DNA from: Macrostomum lignano
Taxonomy: Eukaryota
Length of the DNA stretch: 64,000 bases
Direction: 5' to 3'
NCBI GenBank assembly: GCA_002269645.1
Contig: NIVC01000094.1
Location: forward strand, 1-64,000
The position numbers were made by a program, and so were the translations under genes. Position 1 is the stretch's first letter; every line of letters starts with the position of its first letter. The notes beneath the pieces are model-generated. The model did no database searches, was not told the DNA's origin, and worked only from the letters and a program-made list of their open reading frames with translations. Shown here one piece after another: positions 46,960 to 60,205 of this stretch.

Positions 46960-47290
46960 AGATCTCTAAATCCCAATGTCACTCCTAATGAGATCTCTAG
47001 ATCTCAATGTCACTCCTAATGAGATCTCTAGATCTCAATGTCACTCCTAATGAGATCTCCAAATCCCAATTTCACTCCTTATGAGATCTCTAAAGCCAAA
47101 TGTCACTCCTTTTACAAGATCTCTAAGTCCCGATTTCACTCCTTACAAGACCTCTAAATTCCAATGTCACTCGTTATGAGATCTCTAAATCCAAATGTCA
47201 CTCCTTACAAGACCTCTAAATTCCAATGTCACTCGTTATGAGATCTCTAAATCCAAATGTCACTCCTTACAAGATCTCCAAATCCCAATG
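46960..47290 (+). repeat. 31-bp minisatellite (GAGATCTCTAAATCCCAATGTCACTCCTAAT)
   Basis: About 10 degenerate copies. Confidence 0.9.
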
Positions 47291-47859
47291 TCACCCCGTG
47301 CGAGATCTCACACCAAGGCAGGGATTCAGTTCATCTGAATATTCAGCTCGGGCTGTCATTATTGACTTTATCCGTAAATAACTCGATCCGTGCCGCGACA
47401 AGGACGCCGCTCTCAAGTGTCCTTGGCGCCGGCAAACAAAATTGAATCAGCCGCCACTTCAGGAAAATTTTTTTGCCAAATCCGTCTCTCGGCTGCCGGG
47501 AAAATTTTTGCAGAAACTGGGCGCCATACTTTATGCTAACCGAATTTGCTGCAGCCACTTCACCAGCCGCTAGCGATTGACAGGTTCTGGCCGCGTCCAG
47601 ATCGAAAGTCGGGCTCGGCCGAGAAAAGCTTCGCCACAACAAGCCCCGTTCATTACGGAGCCAAACTCGATTTTCTGCCAACGCTTCATACTCGATGCTG
47701 TATCAGTCCCTCTGCTCATAATCCCCATCATGCTCTGCCTTAATGAGCTGCGAATACGGCATGCACTGGCTGGGTGGTCTTCTCTCTTCTCACTGATGCT
47801 GCTCACTTGGATTTTCTGCTTTTATCCGTGACTTTCTCTTGCTTTCTCTGCCTCTCCCT

Positions 47860-48340
47860 CTCTACCCCTGCCTCTCTACCCCTGCCTCTCTACCCCTGCC
47901 TCTCTACCCCTGCCTCTCTACCCCTGCCTCTCTACCCCTCCCTCTCTACCCTCCCTCTCTAACCCTCCCTCTCTACCCCTGACTCTCTACCTCTCCCTCT
48001 CTACCTCTCCCTCTCTAACCCTCCCTCTCTACCCCTGACTCTCTACCCCTCCCTCTCTACCTCTCCCTCTCTACCCCTCCCTCTCTACCCCTCCCTCTCT
48101 GTCCGTGCCTCTCTACCCCCTGCCTCTCTACCCCCTGCCTCTCTACCCCTGCCTCTCTACCCCTCCTTCTCTATCCTTCCCTCTCTACCCCCTGCCTCTC
48201 TACCCCTACCTCTCTACCCCTCCCTCTCCACCCCTCCTTCTCTATCCCTCCTCTCCACCCCTCCTTCTCTATCCCTCCCTCTCCACCCCTCCTTCTCTAC
48301 CCCTACCTCTCCACCCCTCCTTCTCTACCCCTCCCTCTCC
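47860..48340 (+). repeat. CT-rich degenerate repeat (CTCTCTACCCCTGC-like)
   Basis: Direct inspection. Confidence 0.9.
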
Positions 48341-49234
48341 ATCCCTCCTTTTTTACTCTCTTCATCAGCTTTGTGCTGCCCTATCTCCCCATTCTTATTC
48401 CTTATATCCCCAGTCTGCGCTCGCTGCACTCATTTAACTCCAATAAAAAAGCCATCAATACCTAGCAGTGAAGTTAACAAGGCAGCTCCATTTGGCAAAG
48501 GCGGATCTGCAGCGGGAACAAGCATCGCTCCATGTTTGCCGACTCAGCCCCTGCTCCTCTTGTCTTCAATGTTGCAGCTCGATTCTTCTCTTTTGCATCG
48601 AATTTTTTTCATTACAATGCAGCAAAATTGCATGCGAATTATTCTCCTCAAATTGCCTGGGTGAAGCCCCGCACTCCCCATCCCGCCCCAGCGTCTCCCC
48701 CCCCCCGGCCGCTGCGCAAACACTTCGGGAATGCAGTTTGTTTGAAATATATTTTTTCCAGCCTCCCCTCATCTGCAGAGTATCAGCAGCATCAGCAGCA
48801 GCAGCAGCAGCAGCAGCAGTATTCCCGTCTGTCATTAGCCAGGTAGCCACCTCGCAACTCCCCTCGGTGGCTCATCAGCTAAGGCAAACATTGCACCAAC
48901 GGGACGCTGCTCGAGGCCACTTCAGCTCGCCTCAATTCGGTCCAATTTTCCACCATCATCATCAGCATCCGGGGATTCCTCATCATCATGTTTACCTGGC
49001 GCACTTCAGCCAGAGCGCACTGGGGAGGCTGCGGGGATCTCATTTTGTCTTGTCTCGGCTCAGCCGGAACGCTGCTACTAGTAAACAGGCTTTGGGTAGC
49101 AGCTTGGCGGATACTTTTTCACCAGACCAGCTTCAATCCTTTTTCAATGTTTGATTATTCGGAGACAGCTGCCCTGAGAACTGCTCAAAATATTCTTGCG
49201 GACACCCATTTTGTTTCTGTTTATCTTCGTTAGT

Positions 49235-49830
49235 CTCCCTCTCTGTCTGACTCTCCCTCTCCATCTGACTCTCCCTCTCCATCTGACTCTCCCTCTCCAT
49301 CTGACTCTCCCTCTCCGCCTGACTCTCCCTCTCCATCTGACTCTCCCTCTCCATCTGACTCTCCCTCTCCATCTGATTCTCCCTCTCCATCTGACTCTCC
49401 CTCTCCGCCTGACTCTCCCTCTCTATCTGACTCTCCCTCTCCGCCTGACTCTCCCTCTCCATCTGACTCTCCCTCTCCATCTGACTCTCCCTCTCCATCT
49501 GATTCTCCCTCTCCATCTGACTCTCCCTCTCCATCTGACTCTCCCTCTCCGCCTGACTCTCCCTCTCCATCTTACTCCCCTTCTCCCTCTGACTCTCCCT
49601 TTCCGCCTGACTCTCCCTCTCCATCTGACTCTCCCTCTCCATCTGACTCTCCTTCTCCTTCTGACTTTCCCTCTCCTTCTGACTCTCCCTCTTTATCTGA
49701 TTCTCCCTCTCCATCTGACTCTCCCTCTTTATCTGATTCTCCCTCTCCATCTGACTCTCCCTCTCAATCTGACTCTCCCTCTCCATCTGATTCTCCCTCT
49801 CCATCTGACTCTCCCTCTCCATCTGACTCT
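49235..49830 (+). repeat. 18-bp minisatellite (CTCCCTCTCCATCTGACT), about 33 copies
   Basis: Direct inspection. Confidence 0.95.
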
Positions 49831-51494
49831 CCCTAACCTGCCCAAACCTTTCAGTTTATCCGCTCCTATCCCTCCGCCTTCCCCTCTTCCTCTCCTTTCC
49901 ACCAGCTCGGCACCCGGCAGCTTCAGCAGCTTCCGATCTCGGGTGCCCCGAGCTGTCGAGCTTGTGCGCTCCGAGCCGGCATTCGAAGCCTCTGGTCCGC
50001 GGTCTCTCGCACGTCATGCAGCGACCCTCAATTAGCAGCGGTGCGAGGATTTGCTCAGCGCGCAAGATGGAGCAAAGTTTGATGAGGGTAACACTTGAGC
50101 ACGCCTGAGCAGCCTCCCCGGTCTCCTGGTCCCGGCTAACTGGGTCTTTTAGCTTTTCAACTTTCTTTCAACGTTCAAAAAAACGGGAGGATGGCGCAGG
50201 CCGGGCCCGGCGGAGCGGAATGCCGAGCTGCCGCCCGCTGCGCCCAGCCAGAGCCGCTTCGTGACTTCCTTCGAGTTTTCTTGGCGCCCAGCATGGCAAC
50301 AATGGCAGCGGCCGTGCGTGCGTTAAGGAATTAATCATCGATTGAGCAGATTGACTTTTCAGCAATGAAATTGCTCAAATTTGCTTCTGGTTTTGCCAGG
50401 GACGTCTAGATAGGATCTATCTGGACCGGACGCCCAGACTCGTGAGCACAAACACCCAAACTGTCTAGCCATGGACCCTCCGGATTCTTGGACCGGTTGC
50501 GCAGCGCAGACCCGCAAGAATCCAAAATAACTGACCAGGGATCTCTAGATATCTGGACTGGACGCATAGACTCGCATCAAACATCAAACCCCAACACATC
50601 CAACTAGTCATGGATCTTTACTAGTAGATATCTGGACTGGACGCGCGGACCCAGACCCACCAACATAAAATATTTGACCACGGACCACTAGATATCTAGA
50701 CTGGACGCGCAGACCCAGACCCACCAACCTTCTGGCCAGGGACCACTAGATATCTGGATCGGACACTCGATAATTGTATCTAATTTTTTACAATTTAAAA
50801 CTTCTCTCTTTCTCTCAAAGGGGAGAATTCCCCAACCATGCAGGTTTTTGGATGCTTTGAAAAGTCTGCAGGAACTCTGTCGTGACTCTCGGTGGAACTT
50901 TTTATACAAGAAAGTCAAATTCGAAATTAGAAGCCAACCAGATTGACACCACTGAACACAGCAGGGGTTGCCAATCAGTTATCAACTTGATCCGGGCTGC
51001 CCCCCCCCTCTGTAACCGCGCATGAAAACCGGCGAGTCCTTTGTTGTGCCGGAGCGAACTGTGCTCAAGTGCGAGCTCGGCTTTAAGGAAGGAGAATTTA
51101 ATAAGACAGAATCGGGACTCGGGGGACCCCTCCGGCCACTTCAGGCCCGGCGGAACGGGTCTCAAGTGTCCTCGTTGTCAGCTTTGCCCCGTCCGCCATC
51201 GGCTGACTTCGGGCCTGCGGATATGGGGCAGTCAGCAGACAGTTGACTGGCGCCTGTTCACTCTCTGTACACTAATAGGTGTTAAGTATATCTGGCCATT
51301 GAGCTCTGCCGACAGATGGGGCTGCAGTTATGCAATTAAGAATTCTTCTACTTAGACACCGAGAGCATTCATTCTTACAGTTGCTTGTAATTATTGAATT
51401 CTTTTGGAGAATAAATATCCAGTTCGATTTAGCCGTCTGGAATGGCAGATTGAGAAGGAGGGTGAGAGGTGGTCTCCAGATCGAAGTAGGAGGT

Positions 51495-52170
51495 TGAGGA
51501 GGAGAGTAGGAGATGGGAGAGGAGAGTATGAGATGGGAGAGGAGAGTAGGAGACGGGAGAGGAGAGTAGGAGATGGGAGAGGAGAGTAGGAGATGGGAGA
51601 GGAGAGTAGGAGACAGGAGAGGAGAGTAGAAGACGGGAGAGGAGAGTAGGAGATGGGAGAGGAGAGTAGGAGATGGGAGAGGAGAGTAGGAGACAGGAGA
51701 GGAGAGTAGAAGATGGGAGAGGAGAGCAGGAGATGGGAGAGGAGAGTAGGAGATGGGAGAGGAGAGTAGGAGATGGGAGAGGAGAGTAGGAGACAGGAGA
51801 GGAGAGTAGAAGATGGGAGAGGAGAGCAGGAGATGGGAGAGGAGAGTAGGAGATGGGAGAGGAGAGTAGGAGATGGGAGAGGAGAGTAGGAGATGGGAGA
51901 GGAGAGCAGGAGATGGGAGAGGAGAGTAGAAGATGGGAGAGGAGAGTAGGAGATGGGATAGGAGAGTAGGAGATGGGATAGGAGAGTAGGAGACGGGAGA
52001 GGAGAGTAGGAGATGGGAGAGGAGAGTAGGAGACGGGAGAGGAGAGTAGGAGATGGGATAGGAGAGTAGGAGATGGGAGAGGAGAGTAGGAGACGGGAGA
52101 GGAGAGTAGGAGACGGGAGAGGAGAGTAGGAGACGGGAGAGGAGAGTAGGAGACGGGAGAGGAGAGTAGG
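51495..52170 (+). repeat. 20-bp purine-rich minisatellite (GGAGAGGAGAGTAGGAGATG), about 33 copies
   Basis: Direct inspection. Confidence 0.96.
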
Positions 52171-52639
52171 AGAATGAGCTTAGAACAGAGAAGGGGATGA
52201 GAAGTCAGTCATGCAGCTCCAAACTTCTCATAGGCAGGAAGCCGCCCCTGCCCTGGCAAATCCGAGCGGCGGGCCACCCACGGCGGCAACTTCGGGGGGA
52301 TGAGCGGCGAGTTCTGGTGAGGCGCCCGCTAATCCGCACCGGCTAATGGGCGGGCAAACTCGACCAGGTGGGTCCAGCTGGGAGGGGCGTTTGCCGAGGC
52401 AAGCGGCTCTGCGGTTTCAACCCGGAAGTCAGTCGTGGCCTCTACGAGACTCTCTTGCGGAAGCTGTTGAAGATTGCGTGTCCACGCGATTGTTGATCAG
52501 ACTCTGAGATGCTCCGCGATCAAGCGGAGTGGAAAGTTGCTGCGTGCAAATAATATACCGAGCCGGGCCTTTTATTGCCTTTATGAAACTGAAAGTCAAG
52601 GCCTTAAGGCTACAGAGTTTGGGTTGAGATTCTTAGGGA

Positions 52640-53590
52640 AAAAGTGACAGGGAGAGAGTGACAGGGAGAGAGTGATAGGGAGAGAGTGATAGGGAGAGAG
52701 TGATAGGGAGAGAGTGATAGGGAGAGAGTGATAGGGAGAGAGTGACAGGGAGAGAGTGATAGGGAGAGAGTGATAGGGAGAGAGTGACAGGGAGAGAGTG
52801 ATAGGGAGAGAGTGATAGGGAGAGAATGACAGGGAGAGAGTGATAGGGAGAGAGTGACAGGGAGAGAGTGACAGAGAGAGAGTGACAGGGAGAGAGTGAC
52901 AGGGAGAGAGTGACAGGGAGAGAGTGACAGGGAGAGAGTGATAAGGTCAATAGGGAGAGAGTGACAGGGAGAGAGTGACAGGGAGAGAGTGACAGGGAGA
53001 GAGTGACAGGGAGAGAGTGACAGGGAGAGAGTGACAGGGAGAGAGTGACAGGGAGAGAGTGACAGGGAGCGAGTGACAGGGAGAGAGTGACAGGGAGAGA
53101 GTGACAGGGAGAGAGTGACAGGGAGAGAGTGACAGGGAGAGAGTGACAGGGAGAGATTGACAGGGAGAGAGTGACAGGGAGAGAGTGACAGGGAGAGAGT
53201 GACAGGGAGAGAGTGACAGGGAGAGAGTGACAGGGAGAGAGTGACAGGGAGAGATTGACAGGGAGAGAGTGACAGGGAGAGAGTGACAGGGAGAGAGTGA
53301 CAGGGAGAGAGTGACAGGGAGAGAGTGACAGGGAGAGAGTGACAGGGAGAGAGTGATAGGGTCAATAGGGAGAGAGTGACAGGGAGAGAGTGATAGGGTC
53401 AATAGGGAGAGAGTGACAGGAAGAGAGTGACAGGGAGAGAGTGACAGGGAGAGAGTGACAGGGAGAGAGTGACAGGGAGAGAGTGACAGGGAGAGAGTGA
53501 TAGGGTCAATAGGGAGAGAGTGACAGGGAGAGAGTGACAGGGAGAGAGTGATAGGGTCAATAGGGAGAGAGTGACAGGGAGGGAGTGACA
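52640..53590 (+). repeat. 14-bp minisatellite (GTGACAGGGAGAGA), about 65 copies
   Basis: Direct inspection. Confidence 0.96.
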
Positions 53591-53605
53591 GGAACATTTG
53601 CGAGA

Positions 53606-53790
53606 GTGACGAGGACGGAGTGACGGGTTACGGGGTGACGTAGGGGTGACGAGGACGGAGTGACGGGTTACGGGGTGACGTAGGGGTGACGAGGACCGAG
53701 TGACGGGTTACGGGGTGACGTAGGGGTGACGAGGACGGAGTGACGGGTTACGGGGTGACGTAGGAGTGACGAGGACAGGGTGATGAGGAC
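53606..53790 (+). repeat. 40-bp minisatellite (GTGACGAGGACGGAGTGACGGGTTACGGGGTGACGTAGGG), about 4.5 copies
   Basis: Direct inspection. Confidence 0.92.
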
Positions 53791-54726
53791 AGAAATATAG
53801 CATTTGGAGATTAAAAGTGCAAGACAAACGAAGCAAGGCACATGGAGAAAAGTCTGCATAGTGCAATTGTTACCTTAAATCCCACAGAATGGGAAGAATG
53901 AAAAAGTTCCCATGCACACACATTAAAAATCGAAGATCTTTATCTAACAAAGCAGGCCTTCACAAAGGCTAAAATAACAAAGCATTAAAACAAAAAATAA
54001 AAGCATTTGTTCCCAGGGCGCCACAAAATAGATTTTAAAAAAGCCACAGAGAACGAAGTGTCTGAGATTTTTCAATTCTTGAAGGCTTTTGGCATCGAAG
54101 CAGCCCCTCTATACTGAGTCGAATTCAAGCAACTCCTCTGTCACTCAAGCAGCGACGCCTGAGCCACCCCCCCCCCCTAAAAAACCCCTGCAACCCTGCA
54201 GTTTTTGGCAGAGTTCAGGTCTTCATGCTTGCCTCTGCTCCACTGTCTCTGACTTGTACGAGCTGGTCTAGTCTCTGAATGGGTGATTGACAAGTGAGCA
54301 GCCGGCAGCCACCTCACCTCCGCCTGTCCCCGACCCGAGCAGCCTGTGGCATCGTGGCACCCGCCATCCCATTGTTCCACGGGGGTCTGCATCGTTTTCT
54401 TCTATCTGCAGTGCTTCTCCGCTGCCTGCCACCTGAGAGCTCTGCTTGGGGACTGGGGGGGGGGACTTAGGAGCGACGTCAGTGAGCTGAGCTGAGCTTT
54501 TCTGCTCGAAGAATTATTGTTATAACAGGACAGTGTCAAAGTCTAACGTAGCCACAGGAACCCATTGTGAATGCGAGTCACAATATATTTTGCGAGTAAA
54601 TATATTTTTGTCAGTTCTGGCGATTCCATTTTATTTAAGCCCAGAAGTCCCAACGTTGGTCTCAGTTCCCTGAGAGGACTTTTTGATTGAGCGTTATGAT
54701 TACTGCTTGATCACCTGGTATAGAGG

Positions 54727-54990
54727 CAATGCGCGCTTCTGCCAATGCAATGCGCGCTTCTGCCAATGCAATGCGCGCTTCTGCCAATGCAATGCGCGCT
54801 TCTGCCAATGCAATGCGCGCTTCTGCCAATGCAATGCGCGCTTCTGCCAATGCAATGCGCGCTTCTGCCAATGCAATGCGCGCTTCTGCCAATGCAATGC
54901 GCGCTTCTGCCAATGCAATGCGCACTTCTGCCAATGCAATGCGCGCTTCTGCCAATGCAATGCGCGCTTCTGCCAATGCAATGCGCGCTT
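54727..54990 (+). repeat. 21-bp minisatellite (GCAATGCGCGCTTCTGCCAAT), about 12.5 copies
   Basis: Direct inspection. Each unit contains CCAAT. Confidence 0.97.
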
Positions 54991-56457
54991 CCATGCCCTG
55001 CTCGGGCACAAAATTCGGTTTTTTTGCTCATCCTATCGATGGCTATGTTTTGATTTCATGTTGACATCCATGAAAGAACGAACCACGCATGCCCTAAAAG
55101 ACCTCAGCTGAGTCCAACAACTCCTGCTTCAATCCAACCCCCGCGTCTATGCTTCTGCAGTTGCAGCTCGAATTCTGCTCAATCTTTCTTTTCACGAGGC
55201 GCGCTCGGCCTGTGCCACTGTGCGGCCTGTGCGGCTGTCAATCAAACTAAATTTTGCTTTGCACCGAAGACACCCACTCTCCGGCCAGGACCCAGCGGCT
55301 GCGCAGCCTCCCGAGCCCTGCTCAGGGGGTGGAGCAGACGGGGAGACAGCAGCCGTCTCTCTTATTCCGTTCGAATCGGACAAAAGGCCTCACACCCCCG
55401 ATTTCATCTCAATTATTTCTTTTCGTTTCTTCTCTGCCTGTCCCCCGGCCACTGCAGCCTCTCCGAGAGTTGCATTCGCGGCTGCTGAAGTGGGCGGGGC
55501 GATGGCCGGGGGGGGGGGCTTGCTGGCTGCTGCATTCGCAAGGCATAATAGAGGAAAGTCCAAGACATACAGGCCGCTCTGCCATCATAATACACTGTAT
55601 TGCATTGTCAGCTGAGTAAGGCAGATGACAAGCTCGACCGGCCCCTGCAGTTTATTGCTGGCTACTTGCGACTCAAGTAGAAATCTTCTCTGTCGCTAAA
55701 ACTTAGGGCACTGCGATAATTTCACAGGTGCAAAATTGAGCTAGCTGCTTCTGATTGGAATTTGGGGACTTCTGCCGGTTCCAACCAATCCTGAATTGTT
55801 GGGGAATAGATCCCGCTCTGCCGGAGTGCCCGGCGCAGATACAGGGGGCTGCTTGATGCTCTCTCTCGGCTGGGAAGTGGCTCTCAAAGTGATTTTCATT
55901 CTCTTGTGCCTAAGAAATCCCACCTTGAGAGGAACTAAAGACAAGCCGTAGCCTCACTTTCCCCGGCTAATTTGGCTGAGCTGCCCGGGGTTGAGGAAGG
56001 CACCTTTGGGGTGGGCGATGCAGCTGGGATCCCATTGGCTCTGGGCGGGGATTTCTGCCCGGACAATGCCGCTGGGAAAGGGAGAAGGCGGAGGGACTCA
56101 GGGGGGGGGGGTGGCAGCTCTGCAGGGGTGGCGGGCCAAGTGCTCTGAATGGCGGTTCGAGGGCTGTTGGGCAGCGCTCGATTGCGCGCTGAGAGGCTCA
56201 AGCACTCCCATAGGCTGGGGCTTGACTCCCCGGCACCCCCAGTGCTCACGATTCGCTGCAGGGACAGCCCTAATGGGCCGCACAAGAGGAATTTAGGTGG
56301 CCCTCTCGGACCCTTTTCACACCCTCTCCGACTGCTCTAAGTCTCTGTCTAAGCGCCACTCCTCGCTCCGTGCTCAAACGGCCACTCGTGAGTCCCCTGT
56401 TCTCCATACACTGGTCCGGCCGCAGGCACTCGAAGCACCCCCGCGGCATCGCCTTGC

Positions 56458-56764
56458 ATGTCACTGAGCCCCTCTCAGCAGCAGCAGCAGCAGCAGCCAG
56501 CCAGCAGCTTTCGAGTCACTGATTTGCTCAACCAGCAGTCCGAGGAGGTTCCAGAACAGCAGCAGGGTCTGTACTACTCAGCCATGAACCCGTACGCGCC
56601 CAGCCCCTACATGCCGCAGGGCCCCCACCCGGGTGCGGCCTCCTTCACCTCGCAGTACTGCGCCGGCCCCGACCTCAGCCCGTACGCCGACCCCAGGCAC
56701 ACGGCGGCCGCAGCCAGCTGGTACGGAGCGACCTCGCCGACTGCCGACCCGCGCTTTGCCACCA
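56458..56764 (+). CDS. NKX2-1: NK2.1-class homeobox transcription factor, exon 1
   Basis: TN/eh1 motif SFRVTDLL and NK2.1 signatures SQYCAGPDLSPY and SWYGA...DPRF. Donor A|GTGAGT, phase 1. Confidence 0.92.
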
Positions 56765-56834
56765 GTGAGTGACAGTCATCGCTTTCATAAATAATAATGC
56801 ATTCTGTTTTGGGTGGGAACTTTTGCACTGAGTG

Positions 56835-57560
56835 GGGCTGTCTATCCTCTACATATCCTCTCTTATCTCCGCTGTCTACCCTCTACATATCCTCTCTTAT
56901 CTCCGCTGTCTACCCTCTACATATCCTCTCTTATCTCTGCTGTCTACCCCTACATATCCTCTCTTATCTCCGCTGTCTACCCTCTACATATCCTCTCTTA
57001 TCTCTGCTGTCTACCCCTACATATCCTCTCTTATCTCCGCTGTCTACCCTCTACATATCCTCTCTTATCTCTGCTGTCTACCCCTACATATCCTCTCTTA
57101 TCTCCGCTGTCTACCCTCTACATATCCTCTCTTATCTCCGCTGTCTACCCTCTACATATCCTCTCTTATCTCCGCTGTCTACCCCTACATATCCTCTCTT
57201 ATCTCCGCTGTCTACCCTCTACATATCCTCTCTTATCTCTGCTGTCTACCCCTACATATCCTCTCTTATCTCCGCTGTCTACATATCCTCTCTTATCTCC
57301 GCTGTCTACCCTCTACATATCCTCTCTTATCTCCGCTGTCTACCCCTACATATCCTCTCTTATCTCCGCTGTCTACCCTCTACATATCCTCTCTTATCTC
57401 TGCTGTCTACCCCTACATATCCTCTCTTATCTCCGCTGTCTACATATCCTCTCTTATCTCTGCTGTCTACCCCTACATATCCTCTCTTATCTCCGCTGTC
57501 TACCCTCTACATATCCTCTCTTATCTCCGCTGTCTATACCCTCTACATATCCTCTCTCAT
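56835..57560 (+). repeat. 32/34-bp minisatellite (CTCTACATATCCTCTCTTATCTCCGCTGTCTACC) in NKX2-1 intron 1
   Basis: About 22 copies. Confidence 0.96.
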
Positions 57561-59505
57561 CTCTGGTATGTTTTGAAGCTACTCAAACTCAACAGTTTAC
57601 TGTAACAGGGTAAATTTAGAATCATAATCTGTTTCAAAAATATTTTTAAAAAGCAGATTCACCACATGAGGTACTGGCAGCCACATCCACTGACGGATAG
57701 TCAGACAGACACAATTCCCTAATATTCTCTATTCTTAGAATAAAATTTTGGTGACATTGTGCAGCCCTGCATGGCCCAACATTCGGTTTCCATTGTGTCT
57801 GCAACGGGGAAAAACTCCCCAATCTCCAGTTCAACTGCAGGGGAGAATGAAGGGGAGCACAGGAAAAAAACATATTGGCCGTTACATTCCGGCAATTTGA
57901 AACTGGGGGACGGGGGTTGTTCGCAACTCAAATTGCAATGTTCTCTCTAACAGTCCCTCAGATCCACTTGAGACTTGACACAGCCTATGATGCTGGCTTA
58001 CCGCAGTTGCTGGGGGCCCGCGCTCCATCTCGTCTCCCTTGCTCAGCTCTGCCAGCTCCTCCCTTTTCCCTTGTATTCTCATATTTTGTTAAACTCAATA
58101 TTGCTCGAACTCCGAGCACCATGGAGGGCGATATAGGGGGGAGCTGTGTTAGATAAGAGCTGCTCCGGTCACACCGGGTGAAACGCATTGGTGCCCAGAA
58201 TAATGACATGTCATTTTTCACAATTCAGCTTTGCCAATGTATAGAAATGGTACAGGATATGGAGATTCGACAATGGAGATTTGCAGTGGGAGGAGCGAGT
58301 GCAGGACTGTTATTTCTGTGCCCTCTCTGGCGGCTTTTCTGTTCCCAAAGAAAAAACATATTTCGCCTGCGGCGATTTCCCACACAGCGCAAAGATAACG
58401 AGGGAATAATAGAAGAGAGGATTTGGTTGGTCGCACCGCGCAGGCGCTCCGCCCACCGCGCGCCAGTTCGCAACTGCGGCGGGCGCTTAAATCAACAATT
58501 GTTAAACTTAACGAAAGCCGCTAAAAGCTTTTGAAAGAAAAAAATCAACTTTACAGAATGGCTTCGAACTCGCACCAGCGAGCTCGGGTTTCGGGTTTCA
58601 GGGCCGCCAGTCCCGGGTCCCGCATGTCTGCTCGGCCTGGACTGGCATAGTCTATGGCCCGGAGAGTCACCAAGAGGGTGACGCAACGGGGGGGGCACCT
58701 CGAGGCGGCGACATGCAGAATCCCGGGCGCCATCAGCTCTGAAGCCTCTTATAGAAGCCTTGAGGCGCAAGCAGCAGATTTACTCAGATCATTAGGGACC
58801 CCTCGGGCCGGCGCATACGGTTTAAACCCCCCCCCCTGCTTAATTGGAATCGAATCTCTTTCTGGGTCGGTCAGCAATTAAGTGCATGAGGAAGAGGCTG
58901 GCGGCCCCATCTCACCCCCCCTTGCTCAAGCTCAGCTCAAACACCTGGGGGATGCCGGCCCATCCTGCTCCAATCTAATTTAAGTCTATATTAACTGCTC
59001 CGTGGATTTCAGTGATTGCGAAACCGCGCGGGGGAAGGGATTTGACGCGTTCTCAAGTGGGGATTTTTGCTTTTTACGAATCTTCGCCCGAAGGCATCTG
59101 CCGAGATCGCCGTGTTGGGGGGAGAAAGATAAAGAGCGCCGCGAATTAAAAGGGAAAGGAGGGAAAGGTGTCAATTGCACGCGCTCGAGGTTGGACTGAC
59201 CGCTCAATTGCTTGATTGCTGAGCTCCAATGCCGGTATTCAATATCCCATAATAATCGCAAGCCATGATGGGGGGTCTTTTATTTATCGTTTTGGAACTT
59301 TTAGCACCTATTTTAGAGCATAGGATTTTTATGCTAATTGTTTGCAGTCTGTCCGTGCGCTCTTTCATTGCTATTTGTACATATTGGGTCCAGTTCATAT
59401 GTGGGCAATTTAAAGCAATTTTTGTCACCTTCCCGCTGAGCTGAGCAAATATTTTTAGGCAGGGGGCTAACATCTTTGAACCCCCCTCCCCCGATGTCAT
59501 TGCAG

Positions 59506-59780
59506 TGTCCCGCCTGATGGGGTCGGCCGGGTCAGCCTCCATGGGCTCGTGCTACAGCTCCATGCCGAGCTCTCTGGGCATGGCTGCCAGCATGGGGCTG
59601 GGGGCCTACGACCAGAAGGCCGCCGGCATGCAGTTCCCCATGTCGCAGCGGCGCAAACGGCGGGTGCTGTTCACCCAGGCGCAGGTGTACGAGCTGGAGA
59701 GGCGCTTCAAGCAGCAGAAGTACCTGTCAGCTCCGGAGCGGGAGCAGCTGGCCCAGATGATCAACCTGACACCAACTCAG
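59506..59780 (+). CDS. NKX2-1: NK2.1-class homeobox transcription factor, exon 2 (homeodomain helices 1-2)
   Basis: TTGCAG| acceptor gives [56 protein letters not shown], then |GTGAGT donor, phase 0. Confidence 0.96.
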
Positions 59781-59809
59781 GTGAGTGAAGAGAGACTGAC
59801 GATGGGCAT

Positions 59810-60205
59810 GTTTTAGATCTGAGAGTGACGCCATGTTTTAGATCTGAGAGTGACGCCATGTTTTAGATCTGAGAGTGACACCATGTTTTAGATCTGAGAG
59901 TGACGGCATGTTTTAGATCTGAGAGTGACACCATGTTTTAGATCTGAGAGTGACGGCATGTTATAGATTTGAGAGTGACACCATGTTTTAGATCTGAGAG
60001 TGACGGCATGTTTTAGATCTGAGAGTGACGGCATGTTTCAGATCTGAGAGTGACGGCATGTTTTAGATCTGAGAGTGACGGCATGTTTCAGATCTGAGAG
60101 TGACGGCATGTTTTAGATCTGAGAGTGACACCATGTTTTAGATCTGAGAGTGACGGCATGTTATAGATCTGAGAGTGACAGCATGTTTTAGATCTGAGAG
60201 TGACA
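59810..60205 (+). repeat. 25-bp minisatellite (CATGTTTTAGATCTGAGAGTGACGG) in NKX2-1 intron 2
   Basis: About 16 copies starting about 30 nt after the donor. Confidence 0.96.

Noticed and set aside
50400-50770. CRISPR-like repeat-spacer array
   Set aside because: Eukaryotic context, degenerate repeats, related and uneven spacers, no cas genes.
49133-57613. Repeat ORFs such as MERESQ, SLSLSP, EARIALA, LHILSY
   Set aside because: Each maps exactly onto a minisatellite; no unique coding context.
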